Below are positions 1 through 10,834 of a stretch of DNA of 64,000 nt, piece by piece (positions within the stretch are counted from its first letter, which is position 1; each line of letters begins with the position of its first letter). The stretch is from Blepharisma stoltei ATCC 30299 (Eukaryota; Protista; Ciliophora). The notes beneath the pieces were generated by a model. That model searched no databases. It saw only the letters and a program-made list of their open reading frames with translations, and was not told the origin of the DNA. Both the position numbers and the translations under genes were made by a program. The stretch spans positions 496,001 through 560,000 of the forward strand of contig CBFDEM010000011.1 of the NCBI GenBank assembly GCA_965603825.1. Reading direction: 5' to 3'.

Positions 1-6
1 AGTATA

Positions 7-1023
7 TTATAGTCTGCTATATTCCTTAGATATGACAACTGTCCTCATCCTAGTTGGGTTCCAATTTGAATGTTCAGGCGCCACAATTTCAGAAGTCTGA
101 GGATTCACATCCACCCAAAGCTCAATCTCTGGGTCTGAAGAATATTTTCCACAGAACCCTGATTCCATACAAGCACGAACCGTAATCGAATATGCACAAT
201 TCACAAACTTTCCTTTAGTTGTCCACATCTCACCAATAGCGCTCTGCAAGGAATCCAAAGGAATTTCTACTTCGCTTTCCTCGTCTTCTAAAAGTGAGTG
301 TTTTATAGGCACTTTTGCCTGAAAGCTATGCAAGCTTTCTTTAAATACTCTTGTTTTTCCATTATCAGACTTCAATATAATAGTCCTATATAGCGTGATT
401 TCATAATTACTAACGCTAATTTTGCATCTCGAAGTATCGAGTTCTAATGTTAAATAAATAAGCCCATTGCATATATAGGACGTTCTGTTTGCGGTTGCTT
501 TCAAAAAAATAGCTCCTCTTGAAAACCAGCAAAATCCTGAAATTTTCATAAGAGCGCTTGAAGAGAGAGGGTCCACTTGGTGTCTATTTACCTGAACAAT
601 ATTTACAGGCAAAGTCACTGAATGTGGAGGGACAGTGGAGAGCGTGGCTTCAAGGGTGTATATTACTGATCCACTGCATGAGTCATTTTCTAAAATAAAA
701 GTCCCAGGGAGATCTTCGGGAAGATGGATAGAAAAGGGGTAAATATACTCGCCTTTTCGAGCTTGATTCGGCCATGTGTATAAGTTAAATTCCTTTTGGA
801 TTATGATGCTACTTCCGTTGTGAGATTCTGATGGGCTGCTTTGTGATTTAGAAGGAGAGTTTTCTTTTCAGGAGCAGGCTTCTTTTCCAAGAAATGTGAG
901 GTTTATGTCTCTGCATTCAATGTTTCGAGGGATTCTGAGCCAGACTTCACCTTGCAGGAATCCACCTGATAAAAATGTTGTCTGTTTGGTTTTAATATAA
1001 AGAATAATGTCTTTACTTGACAT
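7..1023 (-). CDS. Arrestin-fold (alpha-arrestin-like) protein
   Basis: ATG at 1023 opens MSSKDIILYIKTKQTTFLSGGFLQGEVWLRI...LTFLGKEACS-W(TGA 868-870)...GEYIYPFSIHLPEDLPGTF...YTLEA, which is the Arrestin_N pattern; in frame with the 7..618 ORF. Confidence 0.8.
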
Positions 1024-1408
1024 TTATATGTATTTTGTAGCCTAGAGCTAGTAAAATTATAGTTAATACTCTTTTCTTATTTAAGTGAATACGCTAATAA
1101 CAATATGCTTCAATTCATGACTAGATCGATCTATTAAGATTCATATTTTATAATAATTATGAATATCAATAATGTTTGTATTCCAAAAAAGTAAGCTATT
1201 TTTTGAAACTATTATAGCCAATACACAAGATCGCACTTCCTGCTCAGTGCTTTTACTGGAATGTCATAATGTATTCATCTTTCATAGATTTGATTTTATA
1301 AGTCGTTTTCTAGAACTCCTCTTCCTATTCTTATCCCCATATTTTTGAATTTAAAATTAAATGTACCCTCAAAAAGCCAACCCTGCCATTTTCTTATAAT
1401 AATAATAA

Positions 1409-1993
1409 ATGGAAACCATTAAACAATCCTCCAGTGAAAATGAAGGATCATTGCGATTATCCAAACGAATCCGAAAGCCGACTGTTCACTTCACTCTTGA
1501 CACAGCTCCTTCAAAAAAAACACCTGAAAACGCCTCAGTTAAAATGACTTACAACAAGCCCAAACTGCCACCTATCCACACAAGTTTCATATCTCCTACA
1601 AGCATAAAGCTGGATACTGTTCTCGCAAAAGGCCTAAAACAGTTAAAAATCAGCATATCGGATGACTATATTGTCGTTTACTATTCCAGAGAAGAAAGGA
1701 GTAATTATTATATAGGATGGAAACATATAAAAAACTTTGAAAATATAGATATAGGCATGACCTACAGACTGCGTGTATATAAGAAACCTGAGAAGAAGGT
1801 AGAAGTCAAAGCTGTTGAAGCTCCAAAAGTGGCTCTGCCAGTGGAAGAGAGCCAGAAGAATGCTATGGCTAGTAAAACTCCTGGGCAGACCAGAGAGATG
1901 ATGCAGCTGTACGGGTTTTACTGTTACTGGTATTATATGATGTCGATGAGAGGGTATCAGGTACCGAACTTTTCTCATTATGGTCAGAATTAG
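1409..1993 (+). CDS. Hypothetical protein (194 aa)
   Basis: Uninterrupted ATG..TAG ORF with AT-rich flanks; no recognised domain. Confidence 0.7.
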   Translation: METIKQSSSENEGSLRLSKRIRKPTVHFTLDTAPSKKTPENASVKMTYNKPKLPPIHTSFISPTSIKLDTVLAKGLKQLKISISDDYIVVYYSREERSNYYIGWKHIKNFENIDIGMTYRLRVYKKPEKKVEVKAVEAPKVALPVEESQKNAMASKTPGQTREMMQLYGFYCYWYYMMSMRGYQVPNFSHYGQN

Positions 1994-2297
1994 AATAGCT
2001 GGAGAAGAAAGGGAAAATGATTAAAAATTAAGCATGTTAATAACCATTTAAATTGTTATTTTCAGTCTTTTTTATGTGATGATATTAGATCTTTGGAAGC
2101 AAAATGTGACTCGATTAGCGAATAGGGGGCGATATAAATGGCTTGTAATTAATTATTTGCATGAATGCCAGAATTTGCTGAAGAGTGCCAGGTAATAAGA
2201 TTTTGAATTTCCTTAAACTCTCATATGTAGTATTCCTTAAAACCTCTCAGTTTTATTTTTTATTTTTATTTCATTTAAGTCTCTAAGTTATTATCGT

Positions 2298-2705
2298 TTA
2301 AACTGCTTTTTCCAAGAAAAGCCTATCAATAGCTTGATCAAACCCTTCAATCCTAATCTGTTGGTCAGTCTCATAAAATGGATTCTTTAAGACATAATCA
2401 GAGTAGTGCTGATATGCTTTTTTACAAAGCGATTCCATGTCTTGGCTATTAGGATCACTCACCAAGCAAAACATGACCCCAGTTGTTGTTTGATAACAAA
2501 ATAGCTTAAAAGTCTTAGTGTTCAGCACTTTTAATCCAGTCTTTCTTAGGTTTGGAGGCGTGATTTGTGCAGAGATCAGGTGAACTGAGTTTAGGGTCGA
2601 TGAAAACCTAATCATGTCATTTGCTGAGAGTTTGGCTGTGCCTTGGTAGTATCTATCATAAATAATAAGTCCGATTTTGTTGACAATAAAGAAGTGATAA
2701 TGCAT
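2298..2705 (-). CDS. TRAPPC4: TRAPP complex small subunit (sybindin/Trs23 family)
   Basis: Motifs FIVNKIGLIIY, LSANDMIRFSSTLNSVHLIS, TFKLFCYQTTTGVMF and YSDYVLKNPFY. Confidence 0.85.
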   Translation of the reverse strand: MHYHFFIVNKIGLIIYDRYYQGTAKLSANDMIRFSSTLNSVHLISAQITPPNLRKTGLKVLNTKTFKLFCYQTTTGVMFCLVSDPNSQDMESLCKKAYQHYSDYVLKNPFYETDQQIRIEGFDQAIDRLFLEKAV

Positions 2706-2869
2706 TTTATTAAATTTATAATCAACATTGCAATTTAATTGATATAATTTCGTTACTTGGTCATTGAATATACTTCGCCCAGTAATTCATATATCTATTT
2801 GAATATTGCTGTAAATGAAGCTTATTTAAAAATATATTTTCCAAAGTTATATTATAAAAAGCAATTTAT

Positions 2870-4120
2870 CTAACTGTGCAGCTGACTTATGGTATCTTGC
2901 ATTTCGCTCTCAATCCTTCTGCTATTTATCATCTTGTCAGTTGCCATAATTCTGTTCTGATAAATTTGTTGTCTTGTTATTGACTGTTCTAAATATGTAA
3001 ACATATGCGAATTTATAAACATCGGATAATACTGGTTCAGCAAAGTGCTGTAAGTATGGGCCTGGATCACTCTAACCGATTCCCTGTCAGGGATATTTAG
3101 CTCCATTGCCTGCTTTTTGATTTCCTTTTCTGTCTCATCTGAAGGAATATGATTATAATATTCGCATTTCAGCCACAAATGAATAAACTCAGGCCCTTTG
3201 TCATCATCTGGATATTCTGTTATTGCTTGCTCAAAAGCGTCTAAAGTCACTCTGCACCTTAAAATTAAATCGAGCGACTGTAGCATTTCTATTGTCAAGC
3301 TTTCTGAGAAGTCTTCCTTATGAAAAGTCCTGAATAATGGGAAAAGTGAAGTTGCTATCATTGCGACATTGTCTCGAATTAAGAAAGCCCATCTCCAAGC
3401 ATTTTTTATATAAACAGTATATTTTGTATCTAATGAATTTATTGTGAAAAATCCACCGACAAACCAAAGAAAGCAGACAAAAGTCAGTTCTTTTTGCATT
3501 TGGAAATCGTCATTTACATTTCGTAAAAAGTAAACGAGGAAAATAAAAATAAGTTCTTCGAAAAATGAGGTAATTACATAAGCCATTAAAGTGTAGAGAT
3601 CGATATCTTGCCCTCGGGCGTTGCAGTAGCTTGATGGGTAATATTCGTGAATCTGAGGAACAAGGTTTAAAAGTGCAATTACGATGAATGGGAGCATTAA
3701 ATAGCAAAATACCTTAAGCAGCCATTCTTGGTGCGTTCTGTGTATATTGTTTCTGAAATGTTGGTCTTTGCTGTCATTTTTGTCTCAGTTTTTATCTAAG
3801 TGAAAAATAAAGTAAACTCTATATCCTCTTAAAACATAGCTTAAGAATAAGCAATATCTAGAAAGAACTGATAGCGTTTGATAAATATATTGCAAATAGC
3901 TTTCATCATTATCAGGATGGCAGTCATGACTAAAGTAAAGAGCAAAAAGGTAAACATTAGTTTCTATATAGTTTCCCCAATGTGACAAGTGAACTAAGCA
4001 CGGACTCATATTCTTGATAGGCACTTTTGATGACCTGAACATCAGTAGAATTCCTACTGGAATGTAAATCAATGCTTCTAAGCATAGTCATATTATGCTC
4101 ACAAACCTCACTGTTTCCAT
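2870..4120 (-). CDS. Multi-pass (about 7TM) membrane protein with C-terminal RGS domain
   Basis: One frame from ATG 4120 through TGA=W at 4088-4090 and 3785-3787. Hydrophobic helices are followed by RGS-like SLDLILRCRVTLDAFEQ...EFIHLWLKCEYY...LLNQYYPMFINSHMF. Confidence 0.75.
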
Positions 4121-4438
4121 TATTCTCTACTCTTATTAATGAACAATCAACGTATTGTGGGCTTCATTCGATTTCTAACAACAAAAACCCGAAATAAACC
4201 AAAAGATCATAACGTGCGTTAGAGGAAAATGAATCATTAAACGCTGAATTCAAGAAAAGGGTTGAATGGCTATTTATAAAATTAATATACAATAAGGAAA
4301 TTCAATAGAAAAATTGCAAACAAAAGAAGGAAATCAATAGCTCTGCTTTGTAAATTAGCGTATAAACATTAATTCGCCTTTGCTGAAAAGTTACTTTGAA
4401 CAATTATTATTTTAATTTTTTTAAATTAAATTTATCCA

Positions 4439-5739
4439 TTATGCCTCAACCCCAGCATTAATATATTCTTGCTCGATTTGTGCCATAGATTCACAAGCTT
4501 CAGCAAACTCGTCCGACTCCATTCCTTCCACAACGAACCAGTGAATATAAGCCCTCTTAGCATAGAGTAGCTCAAACTTACAGTTTAATCTTGCAAAGAC
4601 CCCAGCAATTGCCGTGCTATTACTGATCATGCAAGCCGATTTTGCCACCCTTCAGATATCATCATTAGAAAATGCTAAAGCTTTCTGAGCATTAATTCCC
4701 CATTTCACTTCATCTGGGCATCAGTCATTAATTCTAAAGGTATGCGTCGCTCTCAGATCTGCAAAAGAAGATATCACTTCTTCCTGCACAATATCTCCTC
4801 GGTACATTAAAGTGCCGGCTAAGCACCTTCCCTGCCTTGGGTCACACTTTGCTATTGAATTAGCTTGGCCGAATACTTCATTAGTTATATCTGAACTATT
4901 TTCATTATTTTCTTTTGGAATTATTGGTGCATATGATGGAAACATAAAATGAAGATTTTGAGTTGGCACCAGATTGGTCTTAAATTCGTTTAGACTTGCA
5001 TTTAAATCTCCATTAAATCGCATTGATGCCGTCATCGAAGAAATTACTTGCGAAATAAGTCTATTTAAATTTGTAAAGGTTGGCCTCCTAATGTTTAGGT
5101 GATTTTGGCAGATTTCGTAAACGGCTTCGTTATCAAGAACAACGACAGCATCTGATGACCCAATCAAAGATCTCATTGAGAGAATAGTGTTATAAGGCTC
5201 AACAACAGAAACAGCGTTTTTAGAACCTGGATAAATAGAAAAATTTATTCTTGTCTGTTCTCCGTATTCCATAACAAGATTTTCAAGTATCAATGATCCT
5301 AATCCAGAACCAGTTCCGCCTCCTAATGAGTGGAAAAGCAGGAACCCTTCAAGATCTGAGCAGTTTTCAACCATTTTCCTTATAACTTCAAGACTTTTAT
5401 CAATTATTTCTCGTCCAAGTGTATAATGTCCTCTGCTATAGCAGCAGCATCTTCTTTACCTGAAATAAACAAGCCAGGATCATATAGCTCGCGATATGGT
5501 CCATACATGATGTCATTAATAATCAGAGGCTCTAGATCAAAAAAAGCTGCTCTTGGAGTATACTTGCCTTTTTCGGTTTCTGAAAAAAGTGTGCCAAGAT
5601 TTTCATCATAAGAGATTGGCTTTACACTTGAGAATTGGCCATTTGGTGTAATTCCTTGCTCGAGGCAGAATAATTCCCAACAAGCACTGCCAAGCTGTGT
5701 GCCAGCTTGTCCGATATAAATAGACAATATTTCCCTCAT
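4439..5739 (-). pseudogene. Divergent alpha-tubulin-like gene with one frameshift (pseudogene or assembly error)
   Basis: Motifs MREILSIYIGQAG, GGGTGSG, VVEPYN, NEFKTNL, D-W(TGA 4721)-CP and LYAKRAYIHWFVVEGME. The frame breaks at about 5441, between KEDAA and YSRGHYT. Confidence 0.8.
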
Positions 5740-5766
5740 ATTAAAATTATTTTAAACAAATATATA

Positions 5767-6978
5767 ATGGCCGATAAGGAAGAGTTTTTCAGATTTGAAA
5801 CAAATCGAGATGTAACTCTAATAGAAAGTTTTGAGGAAATTCAATTAATAGACCCCTTACGTTTAGCCCTAAATGAGGAAGGTATAACTGAGCCTCTGCC
5901 TATCCTGAAGCAATGCTATCGTGCCTTCAATGATGAATCTAATTTGATAATTTTCCTCCCTCCAGCATCTGGCAAAAATATTCTCATATCCTTATCTATT
6001 TTAGGATCTATAAATTATAGCGACCCATATCCTCAAGTCATTATTGTCGAGCCTAGGATTTATTTAATTCCCGAAATGCTTAATACTCTTACTCATTATG
6101 CCAAATATTTACAGCCTACCTTTCTAATTACATCAAGAGAGACAAAAATCGCTGATGATATAAAAAAGCTTCCAGAATCTCAAATAATTATAGGAACTTC
6201 TAAAAGAATTAACAGCATGATTAAATCACGCAAAAAATTTTTTTCACATGTGGGCCTCCTAATAATTGATGCAGGCGGTGGAATTTATGAGAAAAAAACT
6301 ACTGAAGATTCAAAAGAATCAGAAGAATGAAAAGACCAAGGAGAAACCTTGCATGAAATAATTAAAAAACTTGGCAGGAATGTCAGAAAACGGTGGGTTT
6401 CAGGAAACATGCATGAGGATTTCTTTATTAAAAGAGTCTCAGAATATACTCCTGACCCTTTAATCATTAAATCTTGTTTCCAAGTTGCAGTCGCAGGGGG
6501 ACAAATCCATTATAAAATCGAGTGCACTGATGAAGATGATAAATTGGAAAAATTGAAACATTTGATGAGCCAAAACCCAGATACCCAAAAAATCATTTTT
6601 TGTAAATTTCAAAACTTAGAGAGGCTCACACAGGAGATTAAGCAAGGATTCGAAAGAGTTCTAGAAATAATGAACTTAATTGCAAGAGATCAGCTGCATG
6701 AGGCTTATAGCAATTTTAAAGAAAAACAATATATGGCATGCATTTGCCAGTCAAAAGGCTATTTGATAAGGCAATTGTATACGACACAGCAGGTAGAAAT
6801 TTATAATTACGACATGGGGAAATCGAAGAAAAAATATTTAAAAAGAATCAGGAGGAATGGACTCTATAAGCAGGGAGATAAAATATTTAATTTTCTAATT
6901 ACAGACGAGGAAAAACAAAAATTAGCAAGAATAGAAGAAAAATATGGCTATATAATGCAGAATAGCAGCTTTAATTAA
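5767..6978 (+). CDS. Highly degenerate eIF4A-like DEAD-box (SF2) helicase, probably inactive
   Basis: One frame through TGA=W at 6328-6330. Q-motif-like SFEEIQL..PL, Walker A remnant PPASGKN, IIIGTSKRI (GTPGR), IIDAGG in place of DEAD, IYNYDM..KYLKRIRRNG (motif VI). Confidence 0.65.
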
Positions 6979-7146
6979 AATAAATTAATTTTAAGAGATG
7001 CTGTATTTATAAGGTTGATTACTTTTTTGCAAATTCATAAATTATAATTTAAAATATAAGTCGAGGCTGCATGGCCAGGAGGCTATGCCCAGACTAAAAC
7101 GTCATACTTTACTTATGACAGCCAAAACGACATTTCTACAAAAAAT

Positions 7147-8709
7147 ATGCAGGCATCAAGCTGCTTTAACTTGGGCTGTGGAAAAATAGCAAAGTTTAAG
7201 TGTAAATGCACATCAAAAGGATCATTCATGTGCGAAGACCATAAAAATCAGCACTTAGCTTCCCTTTTAGCTCACAATATCGAGAAAAATTGTGAAGCAA
7301 AAGAAGAAGAATTTTTGTCTTATTTAATAAACGAAGGAAATCAACTAGAGCAGCTCTTGCAAAAATCAATAAAAAGTTTAGAAATTCTGTCCCCAAGCAC
7401 AAACAAGTTTATACTTCGAGAGCTGAAATATTGTAAACGCCTAGAAAAAGAAATAAACCAAAATGCAAAAGACAATAATCTTTTTATATTTATGACATAC
7501 AAGAATCAAATGCTAAAACAAAATCTTAGTTTTGTTTCTAAAATTTCAAGTGTAAAGCTAAGCGATTTGCCAAGAGATAATTTTATAACGCTATTGCTGA
7601 AAATAGATAATAAAGACTTCGATATCAATACTATTTTAGGCACTGAGAAGGCTAGTAAGTCTTTAGCTTCTACTATCCTAATATTAAAAAGTGCAGCAAG
7701 AGGATACCTCGCAAGAAAAAAGTGAAAGCAGCAAAAAGCTAGCCAGCTTGCATTTAATCTTGATTTTGATTTAGCCACCTATTATCAAGATAATTTAACA
7801 ATTCCTCGAGTTTCTTTCAAAAATCCAGCCACAATCCATAATGTGCCAGCAAGTAGTACTGGAAATGCAATTAAATTGCAAAGCGTGGCAAGGGGATATT
7901 TAGCAAGACAATTACTAAAACAACGGGAAAAAGCAGAAGAATGAAAACATTCAGATTCAGTTTCTTTGGAAAATAAAACCATAAGCCAAGTTGCTTTGGT
8001 AAGTAACACTATAAATGCAATAAAACTGCAGAGCATTGCAAGGGGATATTTAGCAAGACAACGACAAAAAAATAAAGAAAATGGAGAGGAATGTTTAATT
8101 TCAGATCCGATTTCAGCTGTGTCGTCTACAATTACTACCGAAAATACTACATTAAATGAAACCAAAGATCTACCAAATATATTATGTGAAACAAAGGATC
8201 AAGCAAATAATCTACAATCACAATTAGGGGTGAAGTCTTTTTCAAACGAAAAAAGTAGCAAATTAAGTTCTTCTTTGGTAGAGGAAAACTCTTATACAGG
8301 GGAGAGGAATGCTGATGGCCAAAGGCATGGCTTTGGCGTCCAGATATGGCCGAATGGTTCATCATATGTTGGATACTGAAAAAATGATAAAAGGTTAAAT
8401 GGAAAACATTCTGATCAAAGCTTAACTGTCTATGATGGAGAATGGGAAAATGATACATACCATGGTAAAGGAAATCTCTTTAAGTTAAAGCCTAATAGAA
8501 GTGAGGAGGAATTTGAAACAAAATATGAAGGATCGTTTTACTGTGGGCAAATGCAAGGATATGGAAAATACACTTGGGAAGATGGAAGCTCTTATGAAGG
8601 GGAATTTTTGGGTAATCAAATGAATGGGAACGGTGCTTTTAAGGATCGCAATGGAATAATAATACTCAAGGGGATGTGGAAAAATGGGATTTTAGTGAAG
8701 AAATCTTAA
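7147..8709 (+). CDS. Zn-finger + 3 IQ motifs + MORN repeat protein
   Basis: One frame through TGA at 7723, 7942 and 8377. Cys/His-rich N-terminus, three IKLQSxARGYLAR-type IQ motifs, MORN repeats (YVGY-W-KNDK, YDGEWEND.YHGKG, YEGEF.GNQMNG.G); TAA at 8707-8709. Confidence 0.85.
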
Positions 8710-8938
8710 TGGAAAATAAGCACGCTAGTTTTAAGGATACTCTTTATTGTTAATATGGATATTATCCTAATCACAATCTCAAAATGTGATTAAGAATAAA
8801 TTGATTCTGCTTAGAATTTTCAATCCATAAGATTAGAAATAAAGCCCAGCTAGTTTATATATGCTGAGTATTTAAATGCATAAAGTATAAAATTTTCTAC
8901 TATTACTAATATACATAAATAAAAATCAATTTTTTCTT

Positions 8939-10207
8939 ATGTTCCATCTAAGAAAAGAAGATCCACCCCCTCGAATTCAAAAAGAAACCCTTTCTCGAAC
9001 CAATCAATACTACATTGCCCAGGTCAGCCAAATGGAAATCAAAATTAGCGAGTTAAAAGCTCAACTCGAAGCCAAAAACAAAGAAATTCAATATCTTACT
9101 AATAAACTTGAAAGAGCTGAAGAACAAGCTCAATCACGTTTGCGAGATGCAATTTCTGCTTCTAGCCGCACCGTAAAAGAGCTGGAAACCAAAATTGCCA
9201 AATTAGAAGAAGAAAATCGGCAGCTAAAGCGTCAGGTAAATCACAATCACGATTCAGCTGACATCAAAATTGAGCTTGAATATGCCCTAAGAATGAAACA
9301 AATTTTTGAAGAAAAATACCGCGAAGCCAAATCTCAGCAGCTGCGAGCTGATATGAAGCGAGAAACCCAAAGCCAAGAGCCACGGCCAAGTGTAAATAAA
9401 AGCCAAGTTTTTGATTTACAGCAAGAGCTTGAAAATGCACATCAAGAAAAAGAAAAGGCACAACGACATGCAAGCTTGACTGACGAAGAAAATAAAAAAC
9501 TTCACAAAAAAGTTGAAGAGCTTGATAAGTCGAATGCGGAATTAAATAGAAAATATATCACATCTCTGCTTAAAATAAGGGATCTTGAAAATAAATCCTC
9601 TCAAGATTCGAGCCAGCATGAAGATTCGCATGTAAAATCTCTAGGGAGCAAGGCAAAATCACGAGCTCAAGGAGAAATTGCGCCGACAATAACAAAGAAA
9701 ATTGTACTACCGAGTTCTACTGTATCCTCAGCTCCAAAAGCAGCGAATCTAATTAAAACCTCAAAAGATATTTCTTTCTCAAGACCAGTAAAGACTATAA
9801 AAGAAAGAAGAGAAACTGGACACCACCAAACCAACCAGCCTACTTCTGAGCCCCCAAAGGCATCCTCCATTTACGCTCAAGCTATCAGCAAAGGCTTAAC
9901 CATTTTCCAAATCCCTAAGCCACTAACGAGCAGCACTAAATCCATCACACACAAAAAAACTGTTAAATTCCCTGATATGATAAATGAGCCCAGAATCGAC
10001 ATTTCCCTGCACAAGCGAAATCCAGATTCTCAAAACTCATCACCCAAAACCAGCATTTTTGGAAGCCCAAGCAACCAAGGAATCTTAAAAAATAAGCAAG
10101 GCAGCTTTCAGAAAACAGTCCCAAACTTTACTATTGCCCTAGACAAATCTTCAAGTAACGACACATTTGGGGACGAATTCCCTGACGAAGACGAGTTAAA
10201 TACTTAA
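8939..10207 (+). CDS. Coiled-coil protein
   Basis: 422-aa ORF with an E/K/Q-rich heptad N-half and a Ser/Pro/Lys-rich tail. Confidence 0.8.
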   Translation: MFHLRKEDPPPRIQKETLSRTNQYYIAQVSQMEIKISELKAQLEAKNKEIQYLTNKLERAEEQAQSRLRDAISASSRTVKELETKIAKLEEENRQLKRQVNHNHDSADIKIELEYALRMKQIFEEKYREAKSQQLRADMKRETQSQEPRPSVNKSQVFDLQQELENAHQEKEKAQRHASLTDEENKKLHKKVEELDKSNAELNRKYITSLLKIRDLENKSSQDSSQHEDSHVKSLGSKAKSRAQGEIAPTITKKIVLPSSTVSSAPKAANLIKTSKDISFSRPVKTIKERRETGHHQTNQPTSEPPKASSIYAQAISKGLTIFQIPKPLTSSTKSITHKKTVKFPDMINEPRIDISLHKRNPDSQNSSPKTSIFGSPSNQGILKNKQGSFQKTVPNFTIALDKSSSNDTFGDEFPDEDELNT

Positions 10208-10215
10208 AATTGTCA

Positions 10216-10794
10216 TTAATTTTTTATATTTACGATTAAACCTCTCAGTCGAGGCCTTGATTTTAAAGTTTCTCTGACTCGCAATAAAGGGTTTCCTTCA
10301 GTTTTCATCCGAAATGGAGTTGTACTGGATAGCATAGGCCGAGGGGAGCCTGAGATTGAGAATGGGTTATAAGAGTTTGAATTGTCAATTCCATCAAGCA
10401 AATATGCATGAGAATTTGATTTTCTAGGGTGGAACATTGAGAGTTTCAATTTTTGAGGGGTGTAAGGAGCCTTTTTACGCGTTTTCAGCTTTATTTCAGG
10501 TTCCAAAGTGATTTTGTGAGCTTTGACGTTTTTAGGCAGGTCAGGACAAGAGCACAGGTCATTGTTGCTATTTTCTTTGCTTTTTCGAGAAGTGGATTTT
10601 GAATATTTTAAATAGTGAGATGCCGTTTTTGGCTCTTTAGAAGCGAACAAAGCATCCAAGTCCAATGTTTTTTTATTCAGCTTAGGCTGATGCTCGAGGG
10701 TAAGTCTGTTTTTCTTCTTATTTTTCAGCTTGATTAGGCTATAAATGTCATAAGCATAGATTCCTTGTTTCTGTCCGAAAGAGTAATTAGCCAT
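10216..10794 (-). CDS. Hypothetical basic protein
   Basis: ATG at 10794 (MANYSFG...) lies just downstream of the kinesin stop; the longer ORF-track start overlaps the kinesin gene. Confidence 0.65.
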   Translation of the reverse strand: MANYSFGQKQGIYAYDIYSLIKLKNKKKNRLTLEHQPKLNKKTLDLDALFASKEPKTASHYLKYSKSTSRKSKENSNNDLCSCPDLPKNVKAHKITLEPEIKLKTRKKAPYTPQKLKLSMFHPRKSNSHAYLLDGIDNSNSYNPFSISGSPRPMLSSTTPFRMKTEGNPLLRVRETLKSRPRLRGLIVNIKN

Positions 10795-10834
10795 CTTATT
10801 AGATTTCTCGTAATTATTTATAAAAATACCTTTA

